64,000 bases of DNA. It comes from a virus. The stretch lies in the IMG/VR virus record IMGVR_UViG_3300045988_092303; one strand, 5' to 3'. The translations under genes were made by a program, and so were the position numbers. Position 1 is the stretch's first letter. Each line of letters starts with the position of its first letter. The notes below the pieces were generated by a model. It was not told where the DNA came from and searched no databases. It worked only from the letters and a program-made list of their open reading frames with translations. Of this stretch, positions 16,857 through 25,437 are shown in pieces.

Positions 16857-17274
16857 CATTAACAAGCAGCTGATGAAGTATTCACAGCACGGTCAAAAAG
16901 TCACCATCTATGAAAAAGGTGATGATGGAAACATCAAATACTACGTGGATGGTGACGGAAACAAAATCCCTCTGATTGCAGATGAGAAAGTTGGTTTTTC
17001 AGAGCCAAAAGAGTTCTATGCCAATATCAGTAATAAGTTGAGCGAAGTTCTGGTAAAAGAGTTTGGAGTTGACGACAGTAGCACTTATGTACAGATCGTT
17101 ACCGATAAAGGATACCTTCCTTTGAAAGCCGGTGATGTGGTTTGGAAGAAGTCAGAAATTGTTTACGACGAAGATGGACTCGTTGACAGCACAACAGCTG
17201 ATTATGAAGTTAAGGGAGTTGCTGATGAGGGTCTGACCGTTGATCTGTTTTTGCTCCAGAAAGTTGTGAAGTAA
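16849..17274 (+). CDS. head closure / head-tail joining protein (putative)
   Basis: Position between connector and gp10-like genes; 141 aa. Confidence 0.4.
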   Translation: MLDINKQLMKYSQHGQKVTIYEKGDDGNIKYYVDGDGNKIPLIADEKVGFSEPKEFYANISNKLSEVLVKEFGVDDSSTYVQIVTDKGYLPLKAGDVVWKKSEIVYDEDGLVDSTTADYEVKGVADEGLTVDLFLLQKVVK

Positions 17275-17275
17275 T

Positions 17276-17779
17276 ATGTCAAAAACCATTTCAGTATCAT
17301 TGTCAGAAAAATCATTCCGGGATGCATCAAAAGAGATTTTGAAGTACAAAAAGGAAATCATTGCAAAGTGCCGGACGTTTGCGGAGCGTCTGGCAGAACG
17401 TGGCGTAGAAATTGCTCAAATGAAAATTCAAAGCCACAATGCTGTTTATACAGGTGAGCTGTGGGCGAGCATACAGAAGACTCCGGGAATGGTTTTACAT
17501 TATGGCAGCACCTATATCGTCTACACGGATTGCCCGTGGGCGAAATATGTTGAGTTTGGTACTGGTATTACCGGTTCGCATAATCCACACCCGAGTGCAT
17601 CAGTATCCGGCTGGAAATATGATGTCAATGAGCATGGAGAATCTGGCTGGTTTTACTATAGGGACGGAGAATGGCACTGGACAAAAGGAATGCCGTCCAG
17701 ACCATTCATGTATGAGACTGATCTGGAATTGATACTGGAAATTTCAAAGATTGCAAAGGAGGTGTTCGACAATGGCTAG
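17276..17779 (+). CDS. HK97 gp10-like tail completion protein
   Basis: AVYTGELWASIQ...YVEFGTG motif typical of the gp10 family. Confidence 0.6.
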   Translation: MSKTISVSLSEKSFRDASKEILKYKKEIIAKCRTFAERLAERGVEIAQMKIQSHNAVYTGELWASIQKTPGMVLHYGSTYIVYTDCPWAKYVEFGTGITGSHNPHPSASVSGWKYDVNEHGESGWFYYRDGEWHWTKGMPSRPFMYETDLELILEISKIAKEVFDNG

Positions 17780-18170
17780 TGGTAATCAATGGGCATTTGA
17801 TATTGAAACCAACGTGTTCTCAAAAATCTATGCTCAGCTTCATGAGAAATATCCGAAAGCACTTATCACCCGTGATGAGCAGTCGAGCACCACACCTACA
17901 TTTCCAACGATTCTTATACAGGCATTAGAGCCGGTAGAACGGAATCCAGATCTGGAAACGCAGATCAATAGCGTGCTGTTTAGTACGCAAATCAAAGTAA
18001 CTACAAACAAAAGCAGAAGTGAAGCCATGAGCATAGCAAGCGAAGTGGCAAAGCGTTATAAGGATTTATCGTTTCAGTTGATTGGAATGCCTTATTGCCG
18101 GAAAGAAGATAAGCTGTGGGCAGCTACCTTCCGGGCGAGACGAACATTCGACTGGAACGACAGATTATAA
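17772..18170 (+). CDS. tail terminator / tail completion protein (putative)
   Basis: GGAGG RBS 9 nt before ATG 17772; position immediately before major tail. Confidence 0.45.
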   Translation: MASGNQWAFDIETNVFSKIYAQLHEKYPKALITRDEQSSTTPTFPTILIQALEPVERNPDLETQINSVLFSTQIKVTTNKSRSEAMSIASEVAKRYKDLSFQLIGMPYCRKEDKLWAATFRARRTFDWNDRL

Positions 18171-18195
18171 AGAGCAGCAATGCTCTTATTTTTTT
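18171..18195 (+). terminator. intrinsic terminator
   Basis: AGAGCA-GCAA-TGCTCT hairpin and T-run. Confidence 0.6.
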
Positions 18196-18219
18196 ACTTA
18201 TTTTTAGGAGGTAAGAATT

Positions 18220-18720
18220 ATGGCAACAGGCTTAAAAAGTAGAATTGCTTATAAGGAACCGAGTTCCAGCGCGGCAGCAGGTGCTTACTGGGCAGGAACT
18301 TACAAGCTGCTTATCAGAGCAAAATCAATCCCGTCCCCGTTCGGTTCCCAAAACATGGTTGACACTTCCACTCTGGAAGACCTTGTTGAGACCCAGGAGA
18401 TGGGAAGACGTTCTGCAGGTTCCATGGAAGTTGAAGGTGCTTTTGAGAAGAAGTACAAAGATGAGATGGTGCAAAACGAGGGCAAGAAGCTCGACTTTAT
18501 CATCCTGTACGGTACGGACGGAAAAGGATCTGAAGGTATTTGCGGATTCATTGGGCAGGAGGCTTTTGCTCCCGGTGAGGCATCTGACGATCATCTGACT
18601 GGTACTGCTACGGTATCCGTGCAGACCGTTCCGAAGTGGATTGAGGATGACTATGATGTTGCGGTAACAGAGGATGAGAATGGTTATCCTACTGCTATTA
18701 CCCTGACAAAAAAATCATAA
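18220..18720 (+). CDS. major tail protein
   Basis: 166 aa, strong RBS (TAGGAGG), position before the G/GT chaperones. Confidence 0.65.
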   Translation: MATGLKSRIAYKEPSSSAAAGAYWAGTYKLLIRAKSIPSPFGSQNMVDTSTLEDLVETQEMGRRSAGSMEVEGAFEKKYKDEMVQNEGKKLDFIILYGTDGKGSEGICGFIGQEAFAPGEASDDHLTGTATVSVQTVPKWIEDDYDVAVTEDENGYPTAITLTKKS

Positions 18721-18868
18721 GCCAGTCTGCTAAAAGCAGAAAAGCCGTGGTGACTGGCTACGATGATGAAACGGCTGAGCCGGAAGTTGATATGTGGTAA
18801 AGGTGAAATGTGGGGCGGTCTACGGACTGCCCCCTTTCCTATAACAGATTCATGGAAAGGGAAAAGAA

Positions 18869-19327
18869 ATGAAAGAAATTACAGTTAATGGAAACGACTA
18901 CAAATTAGAGTTTAGCTTTGAAGCGGCAGAGAGAAAAGACTTTGTGTCTATGATGTTCCGCATTGTCTCCTGTGCAGCACTTTTGGAAGATGCGGCTGAC
19001 ATGGAAAATCCGACACCTAAAGACATGATTAACGGAACAATCAACATGGTGTCTGATATTCCGCACATCTGCCGTACCGGATTTTTTGTTGGTCTGATGG
19101 AAAATAATCCGGTACCGGAGACAGAAGCAAAAGCTCTGATGAAATCATATATGAAAGAGAACAAAATCGGCTATGCAGACCTGTACGAAGACCTGCGTAA
19201 ATGCATGGAGGAGGACGGTTTTTTCGAGCTGTCCGGAATCACCAAAATGCTAAACCAGTTGGCAGAGAATCAGAAGCCGAGAAAAGTGCCGCAGGATCAC
19301 AAGCAGAAATCGACTGGCACAAAATAA
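18869..19327 (+). CDS. tail assembly chaperone (G-like)
   Basis: Position between major tail and tape measure region; overlapped by a -1 frame ORF. Confidence 0.7.
   Translation: MKEITVNGNDYKLEFSFEAAERKDFVSMMFRIVSCAALLEDAADMENPTPKDMINGTINMVSDIPHICRTGFFVGLMENNPVPETEAKALMKSYMKENKIGYADLYEDLRKCMEEDGFFELSGITKMLNQLAENQKPRKVPQDHKQKSTGTK
19219..19225 (+). promoter_or_regulatory. -1 programmed frameshift slippery heptamer T TTT TTC
   Basis: Zero frame GGT TTT TTC. The -1 frame stays open to 19683 (track ORF 19201..19683). Confidence 0.65.
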
Positions 19328-19683
19328 TCTGGGAGGAATACTTCCCGGTGGCTTTTTCCATTGGAATTTCAATAGACGAATTTAAGCATCTCAATCCTAC
19401 GAAGCTTGGATATTGTCTGAAGGGCTATGCAATCCAGGAACGTAGGAAGGATGCACAGATGTGGGCATGGTTAGGAAATTATGGCTTGTCTGCCGTGGCT
19501 ACAGCCATTGAGCATAACTTTGCAAAACATCCGAAGTCTAAATACATTGAAAAACCGATGCTTCAAGACGAGAAAGAAAATACTTCCGGTAACACCGAGT
19601 CTCGAGAGGAATGTGCTGTATACGAAATGAAGCAGCGAATCAATCTTCTCCGGCAGCAAGGTTTACCAGAAAGTCCTGACTAG
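19225..19683 (+). CDS. T-portion of the GT frameshift fusion chaperone
   Basis: ORF in the -1 frame relative to 18869..19327, overlapping its 3' end, as in the lambda G/GT paradigm. Confidence 0.6.
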   Translation, partial: RAVRNHQNAKPVGRESEAEKSAAGSQAEIDWHKIIWEEYFPVAFSIGISIDEFKHLNPTKLGYCLKGYAIQERRKDAQMWAWLGNYGLSAVATAIEHNFAKHPKSKYIEKPMLQDEKENTSGNTESREECAVYEMKQRINLLRQQGLPESPD

Positions 19684-19696
19684 GAGGAATTTTTTT

Positions 19697-20413
19697 ATGA
19701 GAATTAACGTACATGCCGGACATAACCCGGCAGGAAAAGTTGCGTGTGGCGCAGTAGGTCTTATTCAGGAATCCGTAGAGGACAGGAGAGTAAAGGATGA
19801 GGTTATCAATCAGCTCCGGCAGCTTGGACATACGGTCTATGACTGTACCGTGGATAATGGCACGGGACAGAAAGACGTATTACAGAAAATCGTGCAGAAA
19901 TGCCGACTTCATGAAGTTGATCTGGATGTATCCATCCACTTCAATTCCGGTGCGAATGATAAATCCGGCAACGGCAAGACAACTGGAGTCGAGGTACTGG
20001 TCTACTCCGCGTCCAGCAAGGCAAAAGGATATGCGGATAAAGTCTGTGCTGCTATTGCAAGATTAGGTTTCCGAAATCGTGGTGTAAAGACAAATTCCAG
20101 TCTGCATGTCTTAAAAAATACCAAAGCACCTGCAATGCTGGTTGAATGTTGCTTCGTGGACGACAAGGATGACGTAAAGCTCTACAATTACTATGAGATG
20201 GCATCTGCTATCGTTTACGGAATTACCGGTGAGAAGGTCTCTGTGACCTCTGAAACGGCAAAAGCAGATGCAGGTGAGGAAACTACCACTGGCAATCCGA
20301 AAGCTCTTTATCGGGTGCAGGTGGGCGCATACGGTGTGAAGGAAAATGCAAATGCAATGGTTGAAAAACTGAAAAAAGCCGGATTCACTGATGCGGCAAT
20401 CGTGCAGGCATAG
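19697..20413 (+). CDS. N-acetylmuramoyl-L-alanine amidase (Amidase_3) with C-terminal SPOR domain; endolysin
   Basis: MRINVHAGHN...DVSIHFNS...VECCFVDD amidase_3 motifs; C-terminal YRVQVGAYGVKENANAMVEKLKKAGF is SPOR-like. Confidence 0.85.
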   Translation: MRINVHAGHNPAGKVACGAVGLIQESVEDRRVKDEVINQLRQLGHTVYDCTVDNGTGQKDVLQKIVQKCRLHEVDLDVSIHFNSGANDKSGNGKTTGVEVLVYSASSKAKGYADKVCAAIARLGFRNRGVKTNSSLHVLKNTKAPAMLVECCFVDDKDDVKLYNYYEMASAIVYGITGEKVSVTSETAKADAGEETTTGNPKALYRVQVGAYGVKENANAMVEKLKKAGFTDAAIVQA

Positions 20414-20428
20414 AAAAGAGGTTGAGAA

Positions 20429-20749
20429 ATGGAAATTCTAATTCAAGGTGACAATAAACCAATCATAATTGAATTTGATGAATCGGTCGAAAATGTTGAG
20501 CAATTTAGCGCAATGTTAAGTTATGAATCCCATGAATTTAAAAAATGGGATGAAAACGATGTTAAAATTGAAGGGACTACCATTTCTCTGCCACTTACAC
20601 AGGAAGAATCGCGTGGTATAACCAGTCGATACGCAGACCTTGAAATTAAGCTCGTTGCAAACGGAGATATTGAATTTTTCGATGTAATACGTTTTGAAAT
20701 ATTATCTCGTAGAGATAAAAGAATATTTCAGATTGGCGGTGAATTATGA
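20429..20749 (+). CDS. hypothetical protein (possible Ig-like fibre accessory)
   Basis: 106-aa ORF translationally coupled to the collagen-like gene. Confidence 0.35.
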   Translation: MEILIQGDNKPIIIEFDESVENVEQFSAMLSYESHEFKKWDENDVKIEGTTISLPLTQEESRGITSRYADLEIKLVANGDIEFFDVIRFEILSRRDKRIFQIGGEL

Positions 20750-22632
20750 AAATCACAAAAATCCAATCCGGGAAAATGTCAAAAGCATCACCGGTACAAA
20801 ATCTGATTTATAAGAAAGGTTATTCTCCGTTTATAGGGGGGGACGGAACTTGGTTTGTATTCGATGAATCCTCAAAATCTTTTGTTGACACCGGAATCCG
20901 TGCTCAAGGTCCGCAAGGTGAGCAGGGACCGACCGGAGAGCGTGGTCTTACCGGGGAAACAGGCGCGCAGGGAGAACGTGGAGAAACTGGTCCGCAAGGA
21001 GCACAGGGCGTTCCTGGCGCTAAAGGAGACAAAGGTGACAAGGGAGAACAGGGCGTCCAGGGTGAGCGTGGAGAAAAAGGGAATACTGGTGAAAAGGGTG
21101 ATAAGGGCGAACCGGGAGCAAAAGGTGAACAAGGTCCCATAGGTCCTCGTGGCGAGAAAGGAGAAACCGGACCCAAGGGAGATACAGGTGAGACTGGTCC
21201 ACAAGGCCCTAAAGGGGATAAAGGCAATCCTGGACCTCAAGGACCTAAAGGTGATATCGGCGAACAGGGACCCATTGGACCCGCTGGAAAAAACGGGAAA
21301 ACTCCTATAAAAGGAACAGACTATTTTACTTCAGCCGACATTGAGGCCATTGAAGCTGATGTGAAAAAGGCTATTCCCAGTAATGTTTCCGCATTTAAGA
21401 ATGACAGTGAGTATATATCTTCAAAGCCTATTATGTCTATGACTCATGAACACATTTGGAATACAAAAGAAACATATTCTGGAAGTAGTAGTCAGAAGTA
21501 TTGTGGTTGGTTTTTCTTTCGCATTAAGCCGATAGACAAGAGTAAAAACTTTGCCATTAAATACGGAGCAAAAGCATGGATGCCTGATTGGACAAAGGAA
21601 AATCTTACAGCACAAGGTTTAACGCCAGCCAATTATGGTGGTGGCGGTGAAAATTATTTATTTGGGCGGCAAGAAGTAGAACTTCAAATGTCTTTTTCGC
21701 CTGTAAATAACAAATCATATACGAAATATGTAATGGATTGCGATATTCCTTTTTCACAGTATAGGTCTTTATATTATATGTTGTTGGCATATCCAAAATC
21801 ACAGACGCAAGATGATGATTGGTATTATCTTGGGTGGTCAATTTGTAATTCATATCAATATTATGCCAGCTCACAAAGCACATTTGAAAAATTAAAGGCT
21901 TGTTTTGGGAGAACAATTATTACTGATATTTATGAATTGGAAAACTGTGAAATTGAATCGTTAAATGAATTGATTGAGTTTGATAGTGCACTTTTTCCAC
22001 AACATACACTTATACAGCCGACAACATCCACTAACGGACGCACTCAGACTGGAGACGCAAACAGTATAGATAGAGACTGTATACCAATGTATAAAACAGC
22101 GGATGGGGCATTGACAGCATATGCGTTCGTAATGCAGACGGAAGACCCAGGTAAAGTCGGACAGGTTATGGCAAATACATCAAATGCTAGTGCTCAAACC
22201 AAAGAGTTTTCTTCAAGAAGATTCAATATTTCTAAAGGAATATATTACTATACTTCGTCTGTGGTTAAAACAGATGGAACGGCTTTAGGTGGAACGTCTA
22301 TGTATACGTTATATCCAAGTTGTGATTTAAGATATAGTTTTAACTGTGGAAACAATATACTTTCAAACAGGCCCGGAGTTGACGTATATCTTGTGGGAAT
22401 GATTGAAAGCGATGGATTTTTCGTGCCACATCAGTTTGAGAGAGTTGTAAACGGAAAAACATATAAAGACTGCCTTGCTGATGAAACAATGCTTCCAACC
22501 GAAGCTGATGGACTTGTGTATATTTTGCTTGGACATACAGCAACAGCGTCACGATATAGTATTGTATTCCTTCCGAAACATCCGATTTACAAGCACAACG
22601 GCACATATATGGAGTGCATAGGAACAGTTTGA
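20746..22632 (+). CDS. collagen-like repeat tail fibre / surface protein
   Basis: About 45 uninterrupted G-X-Y triplets (aa ~54-190) followed by a ~440-aa globular C-terminal domain. Confidence 0.75.
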   Translation: MKITKIQSGKMSKASPVQNLIYKKGYSPFIGGDGTWFVFDESSKSFVDTGIRAQGPQGEQGPTGERGLTGETGAQGERGETGPQGAQGVPGAKGDKGDKGEQGVQGERGEKGNTGEKGDKGEPGAKGEQGPIGPRGEKGETGPKGDTGETGPQGPKGDKGNPGPQGPKGDIGEQGPIGPAGKNGKTPIKGTDYFTSADIEAIEADVKKAIPSNVSAFKNDSEYISSKPIMSMTHEHIWNTKETYSGSSSQKYCGWFFFRIKPIDKSKNFAIKYGAKAWMPDWTKENLTAQGLTPANYGGGGENYLFGRQEVELQMSFSPVNNKSYTKYVMDCDIPFSQYRSLYYMLLAYPKSQTQDDDWYYLGWSICNSYQYYASSQSTFEKLKACFGRTIITDIYELENCEIESLNELIEFDSALFPQHTLIQPTTSTNGRTQTGDANSIDRDCIPMYKTADGALTAYAFVMQTEDPGKVGQVMANTSNASAQTKEFSSRRFNISKGIYYYTSSVVKTDGTALGGTSMYTLYPSCDLRYSFNCGNNILSNRPGVDVYLVGMIESDGFFVPHQFERVVNGKTYKDCLADETMLPTEADGLVYILLGHTATASRYSIVFLPKHPIYKHNGTYMECIGTV

Positions 22633-22646
22633 TAAATGACTAATCA

Positions 22647-22684
22647 GGGGCAATAGGTGTTACAGCCTACTGCCCCCTTTTTTG
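22647..22684 (+). terminator. intrinsic terminator
   Basis: GGGGCAATAGG...CCTACTGCCCC stem and T-run. Confidence 0.65.
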
Positions 22685-22756
22685 CTTATAACAAGCAACC
22701 GAACACTGTTTGAAGTGTTCGCTAACCATCTAAAAACTAATGGTGGAGGTGATAAA

Positions 22757-24098
22757 ATGGGAGCAACCACGATTGATGATCTCCAGATCAAGATTGAAGC
22801 GGATGCGAAAACCGCTTCTGATAAGCTGGATGCGCTTGCTCAAAGCATGGTGAAACTGGCATCAAGCCTGAGCATCAATGTTGGCAAGATGTCCGGTGTT
22901 GCTATTGGACTTAATAGCATTACCAAGGCATCGCAGAATCTCAATTCCAGAAATATTACGACGCTGGCAACTTCTATGGGGAAGGTAGCCGGTGTGGACT
23001 CTGCTCAAATTTCCAGAGTGGCAGGTTCTATGACACAGCTCAAAAACAGCGTTTCCGGTGGTTTTAATACCGATATGACCGGAATAGTGAATGTTGCTAA
23101 TTCACTGTCAAAATTGGGCGGTAAGAACGCTACACAGGGCGCACAGAACCTTGTGCTGATAAAAGATCAGCTTGCTCAATTTGTGCAGGGGATGAACAGC
23201 GTAGGAACATTTACGTTTGACCCAACCGGTCTTACAAACACAATTAAAGCTATTGCGAAACTGGGCGGAAAGACTGCAACGCAGGCAACGGCAAATCTTC
23301 CGAGTATTTCTGCTCAATTACAGAATTTTGTCCGGCAGATGAACCAGATCGGCTCCATGTCGTTTGACAACAAGAATCTGACTGACCTTGTAACGTCCAT
23401 AGGCAGGCTAGGAAGCGTTGCAAGTGGGCGAGCGGTAAATAATATACCTTTGCTTGCAAACAACCTTAAATACCTGTTTGAGACGCTTTCAAAAGCACCA
23501 TACATCAGCCAGAACATTATCCAGATGACTACGGCACTGGCTAATCTGGCACGTACAGGAGCATCTAGTGGTACTGCGGCAAGATCACTGGGGACAAATC
23601 TTTTCTCCTTCTCAAAATCTGCCGGTAACGCAAGTAAGAGTGCATTTTCTTTGGCAGGTGCTATCGGTAAGTTTTACGCAACTTACTGGATGGTTATCAG
23701 AGGATTTGGACTTTTCCGGAATGCTATTGACATCTCATCCGATTTAACAGAGGTTGAGAACGTGGTACGTACCACGTTCGGAAATATGGAGTACAAGGTT
23801 AATGACTTTGTGCAAAACTCCATTCAGCAGTTCGGTATGTCCGAGCTTTCCGTTAAGCAGTATGCCAGTACATTCCAGGCTATGGGAACTGCTATGGATG
23901 TTGGCGGCAAACAGATTGAGAACGCAAACAGGTTCTTAAATGGTGCCACAGACGGATATATTGGATTGTCAGATTCTATGTCCGATGTGTCTTTGAATCT
24001 TACTAAACTGACGGCGGATATGGCATCTTTCTACGACAAAGATCAGGCAGATGTAGCAAAAGATTTACAGTCCGTGTTTACCGGCATGGTTGTTCCGT
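22757..24098 (+). CDS. tape measure protein, exon 1
   Basis: GGAGGTG RBS then ATG 22757. Ala/Ser/Gly-rich helical repeats typical of TMP. Reading frame ends 5 codons after the proposed splice site. Confidence 0.75.
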
Positions 24099-25437
24099 TG
24101 ACTTTAGCGGCTTAACACAGAAATGTGTTTTGAAAAATCCGGAGAACGCAAGCAAAAGCGGTGTCAGAAGAAATTCTGGCTAACGGTAAAACTCTAAATT
24201 TGTATTTGCAATCTTCTTTATTTACTGTGCAAATTCGGTTATAATAATCATGAAAGGATATGGTTATTATGGAATTTGGGCAGGAAAAGAAATATTATGT
24301 ATATGCTTGGTTTTACAAGCAATCAGGAAAATTATTTTATATTGGGAAAGGAACAAAATATAGATATCGTTCAAAGAAAAGAGATAATCATAAACTTGTG
24401 GATATAATAAATTCTTGCGATTGTGACTCTAAAATTCTGGAAGGGAATCTTACAGAAGAAGAAGCCTATGATCTTGAAAAAGAGATGATAAAGAAATATC
24501 GGTCACTTGGACATCCTTTAATAAATATTCAAGATGGAGGGCATCTTCCCCCTAATCACTCTGGCACACATAAAAGTGAAGAAGCAAAAAGGAAGATGAG
24601 TGAGAGTAGAAAAAAATATTTCAAAAATCATCCAGAGGCAAGAATAGAAGCTTCCGAAAGAATGAAAGATTTTTTCTTAACAGAAGAAGGAAAAGAATTT
24701 CAGAAAAAGTCTATAGAAGCAAGAAACAATGATGAGTTTAGAATGAAGTTATCCGAAAAATGTAGGAAAGCAAATAACACAGAAGAATATAAAAATCGTC
24801 AATCCCAAATAATCAAAAAAAGATGGGAGTCTAAAGAATATGCAGATTCCTTTAGCGGAGAGAACAATCCTAATGCTCAGGCGGTTAGACAGTATGACTT
24901 GAGTCATAATTTCATAGCAGAATATCAAACGATGGCAGAAGCAAGCAAAATTACCGGAGTTGGCCAGAGCAAAATTTCCTTGGTTTCAAGTGGAAAAAGG
25001 AAAACAGCAGGTGGATATATTTGGGAATATGCAACTGACAAAAGAATTTCCTACAAGAGAACGAAATCTACATATGATGTAAAAAAAGATAAATCCGCAA
25101 TTCCTATTTTGCAATATGATTTATCTGGAAAACTTGTCTCAGAATACAATAGCGTTGCAGAAGCAGCAAGAATAAATAATTTTCCAAATAGAACTAATAT
25201 TTCCACAAATTTGAGAGGAAGATCAAAAAGCGCATACGGCTTTGTATGGAAATACAAACATGACAATACCGTGCCGAGCCAATTAAAAACCACCAATTGA
25301 GGTGGTTTTTTTATTGGAAGGTGTAACGACTAATTGTAGGGCGGAGATTAGCACCGCTCGAAGTACCGGAAATCCTTTTAGGATTGTGAGATAGTCTAAT
25401 CCCCTAATAAATATCGGGAAACCGAGGGTAGTTAATG
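24099..25437 (+). mobile_element. putative group I intron carrying a GIY-YIG homing endonuclease
   Basis: Joining 24098|25438 restores an in-frame TMP (VVPL-RKYGLDL). 5' splice site after U that can pair with GCGG 24107-24110. Last intron base is G. Boundaries +/- a few nt. Confidence 0.6.
24260..25300 (+). CDS. GIY-YIG homing endonuclease (I-TevI-like) with two NUMOD/IENR-type HTH repeats
   Basis: KYYVYAWFYKQSGKLFYIGKGTKYR GIY-YIG motif. Repeated ...QYDLS(H/G)..(I/V)(A/S)EY.(T/S)(M/V)AEA(S/A)(K/R)I modules. ATG 24269 also possible. Confidence 0.8.
   Translation: MVIMEFGQEKKYYVYAWFYKQSGKLFYIGKGTKYRYRSKKRDNHKLVDIINSCDCDSKILEGNLTEEEAYDLEKEMIKKYRSLGHPLINIQDGGHLPPNHSGTHKSEEAKRKMSESRKKYFKNHPEARIEASERMKDFFLTEEGKEFQKKSIEARNNDEFRMKLSEKCRKANNTEEYKNRQSQIIKKRWESKEYADSFSGENNPNAQAVRQYDLSHNFIAEYQTMAEASKITGVGQSKISLVSSGKRKTAGGYIWEYATDKRISYKRTKSTYDVKKDKSAIPILQYDLSGKLVSEYNSVAEAARINNFPNRTNISTNLRGRSKSAYGFVWKYKHDNTVPSQLKTTN

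Noticed and set aside
20872-21240. Several ORFs on both strands across the collagen-like repeat region
   Set aside because: They are artefacts of the GGN-NNN-NNN periodicity. The antisense frames of G-X-Y coding DNA are stop-free, and only the + frame continues into a long protein with a proper start.
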